NCBI GenBank assembly: GCA_003165595.1
Contig: PLWQ01000006.1
Coordinates: forward strand, 69,061-133,060
Direction: 5' to 3'
Origin: Fibrobacterota bacterium
GTDB lineage: Bacteria > Fibrobacterota > Chitinivibrionia > Chitinivibrionales > FEN-1185
Length of the DNA: 64,000 nucleotides
The translations under genes and the position numbers were made by a program. The stretch's first letter is position 1, and each line of letters starts with the position of its first letter. Shown here piece by piece: positions 62,979-64,000 of the stretch. Under the pieces are notes generated by a model. The model saw nothing but the letters and a program-made list of their open reading frames with translations. It was not told where the DNA came from and ran no database searches.

Positions 62979-63625
62979 TGCGCGGTGAAACCATGAACCC
63001 CGTTTTCGAATTCGAAAAAGCGCTCACGCGGCGCGAGCGCAGGGTGTTTCGATCTCTTGCAAATCCGGAGAAGATCCAGCAATACCTCGACCGCGTCCGG
63101 TATTGCGACGACGATAATTATCATTGCCCGCTCACGGTGATCAGGAAGAACATCGGGTGTTGCTTTGAAGGCGCCCTTGTCGCCGCGGTTGCGCTTTGCA
63201 GGATCGGACACCCGCCCCTGGTTATCGAAATTACTTCTGAAGGCGATGACGATCATGTCCTTGCGGTGTACCGGAAGAACGGACTTTGGGGCGCAGTGGC
63301 AAAATCGATCTTTCCGGGCCTGCGCTCACGGCAGCCGGTGTACAAAACCCTTCGTGAATTGGTGATGTCCTATTTTGAGTTCTATTTCAACGCACGGCGC
63401 CAGCGGACCATGCGCGGCTATTCCCTGCCGCTCAATCTGAGATCACTTGCCGATTCGCAATGGATGCTCGACGATGCCGCTGTGGAAAAAGTAAACAAAG
63501 CCCTCGACAAAACCCGGCATGTGAGGCTTTTCAAACGGGCTGCCGTGTGCAAGCTTCCCAAAGTGGATTTCTGGACATTCAAAGCCGGGATGTGTGGGAC
63601 ATCTGCAAAATATCTGCACCGCTAG
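62975..63625 (+). CDS. Transglutaminase-like cysteine peptidase fold protein
   Basis: ORF 62870..63625. ATG 62975 forms an ATGA overlap with the S9 peptidase stop; an alternative ATG lies at 62993. Cys/His/Asp candidates are NIGCCFEGALVAA, DDDHVLAVY and GAVAKS. Confidence 0.55.
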   Translation: MMRGETMNPVFEFEKALTRRERRVFRSLANPEKIQQYLDRVRYCDDDNYHCPLTVIRKNIGCCFEGALVAAVALCRIGHPPLVIEITSEGDDDHVLAVYRKNGLWGAVAKSIFPGLRSRQPVYKTLRELVMSYFEFYFNARRQRTMRGYSLPLNLRSLADSQWMLDDAAVEKVNKALDKTRHVRLFKRAAVCKLPKVDFWTFKAGMCGTSAKYLHR

Positions 63626-63732
63626 GGCGGGATTTTGAAGTGCAAGCGTTGGACTTCTTGCTCGTTACTGTCAACTGTCAACTTGAATTTGCAACTTTTC
63701 TCTTTGTTCTCTGCAGTGAATTTTCTTCCTGG

Positions 63733-64000
63733 TTATCCCGCAGTTATCAACCGGTACGACCTCGATCCCAAACCAAGCTTCTCCGCATAGGCAAGCTGTT
63801 TCAGGGAATCGCGGCCCGGATGCGCTTCGAGGAACACGTCCTTGCCGCCCGCCTTCTGTTTTACCAGATCGCAGCAGGCCATGTCCACGGCGACCGGGTC
63901 GGCAGAAACGAATATTCCCACGTCGTCAACGATGCGGGCGGTGTCGCCGGCCATGCAATCGCATTCGGCGGTTATCTTGAGCGCAACATTCACGTAGGCG
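63733..64000 (-). CDS. DUF362-like protein, C-terminal part; the start lies beyond the window end
   Basis: The frame is open to the window edge. The C-terminus reads TAECDCMAGDTARIVDDVGIFVSADPVAVDMACCDLV...AEKLGLGS, typical of the DUF362 family. Confidence 0.55.
   Translation of the reverse strand, partial: AYVNVALKITAECDCMAGDTARIVDDVGIFVSADPVAVDMACCDLVKQKAGGKDVFLEAHPGRDSLKQLAYAEKLGLGSRSYRLITAG

Noticed and set aside
1-64000. CRISPR arrays, tRNA/rRNA genes, transposases and integrases
   Set aside because: I looked for regularly spaced direct repeats, T-loop GGTTCGAATCC-type motifs and DDE, HUH or tyrosine-recombinase signatures. None was found by eye. A tRNAscan, Infernal or ISEScan run would be needed to be certain.

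Overview
This is a 64-kb chromosomal segment from a GC-rich bacterium. I estimate about 55-60% GC by eye; it was not computed. Several secreted proteins end in T9SS-type C-terminal sorting domains, which suggests an FCB-group-like organism. That is inference only.

Layout:
- (1) 1-8.8 kb is a nitrogen-assimilation supercluster: gltB (partial) <> amtB-glnK, glnD, glnA. Each unit is preceded by a sigma-54 type -24/-12 element.
- (2) ~9.9-20.2 kb is a mosaic accessory island made largely of low-GC, same-strand gene units: a PIN toxin plus an unannotated small ORF, an orphan SPPY DNA methyltransferase, RhuM, a 545-aa lipoprotein of unknown function, a radical-SAM-like protein with an atypical Cys motif, an HNH-like small protein and a standalone P-loop NTPase. 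The first five units are separated by a recurring junction motif.
- (3) 20-29.7 kb holds envelope and secreted proteins: an O-antigen-ligase-like protein and LamG/T9SS cargo proteins.
- (4) 29.8-36.9 kb holds a B12-radical SAM gene coupled to a membrane protein, an OtsA-OtsB fusion, a GH15 hydrolase and a PAS protein.
- (5) 37-64 kb holds mixed housekeeping genes: FecR-like lipoprotein, beta-lactamase-fold protein lacking SxxK, metF, hybrid histidine kinase, SDR, second B12-radical SAM, ABC-F, ApbE, ABC-2 exporter, GH2-like, PKD/SGNH, S9 peptidase, transglutaminase-like protein and a DUF362 fragment.

The most unusual signal is non-coding. A ~145-nt GC-rich intergenic element is present in six full and about five partial copies. 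Its helices keep pairing while their sequences differ between copies (compensatory changes).

No rRNA, tRNA, CRISPR array, transposase or integrase was recognised. All family assignments rest on motifs read by eye; no database search was possible.
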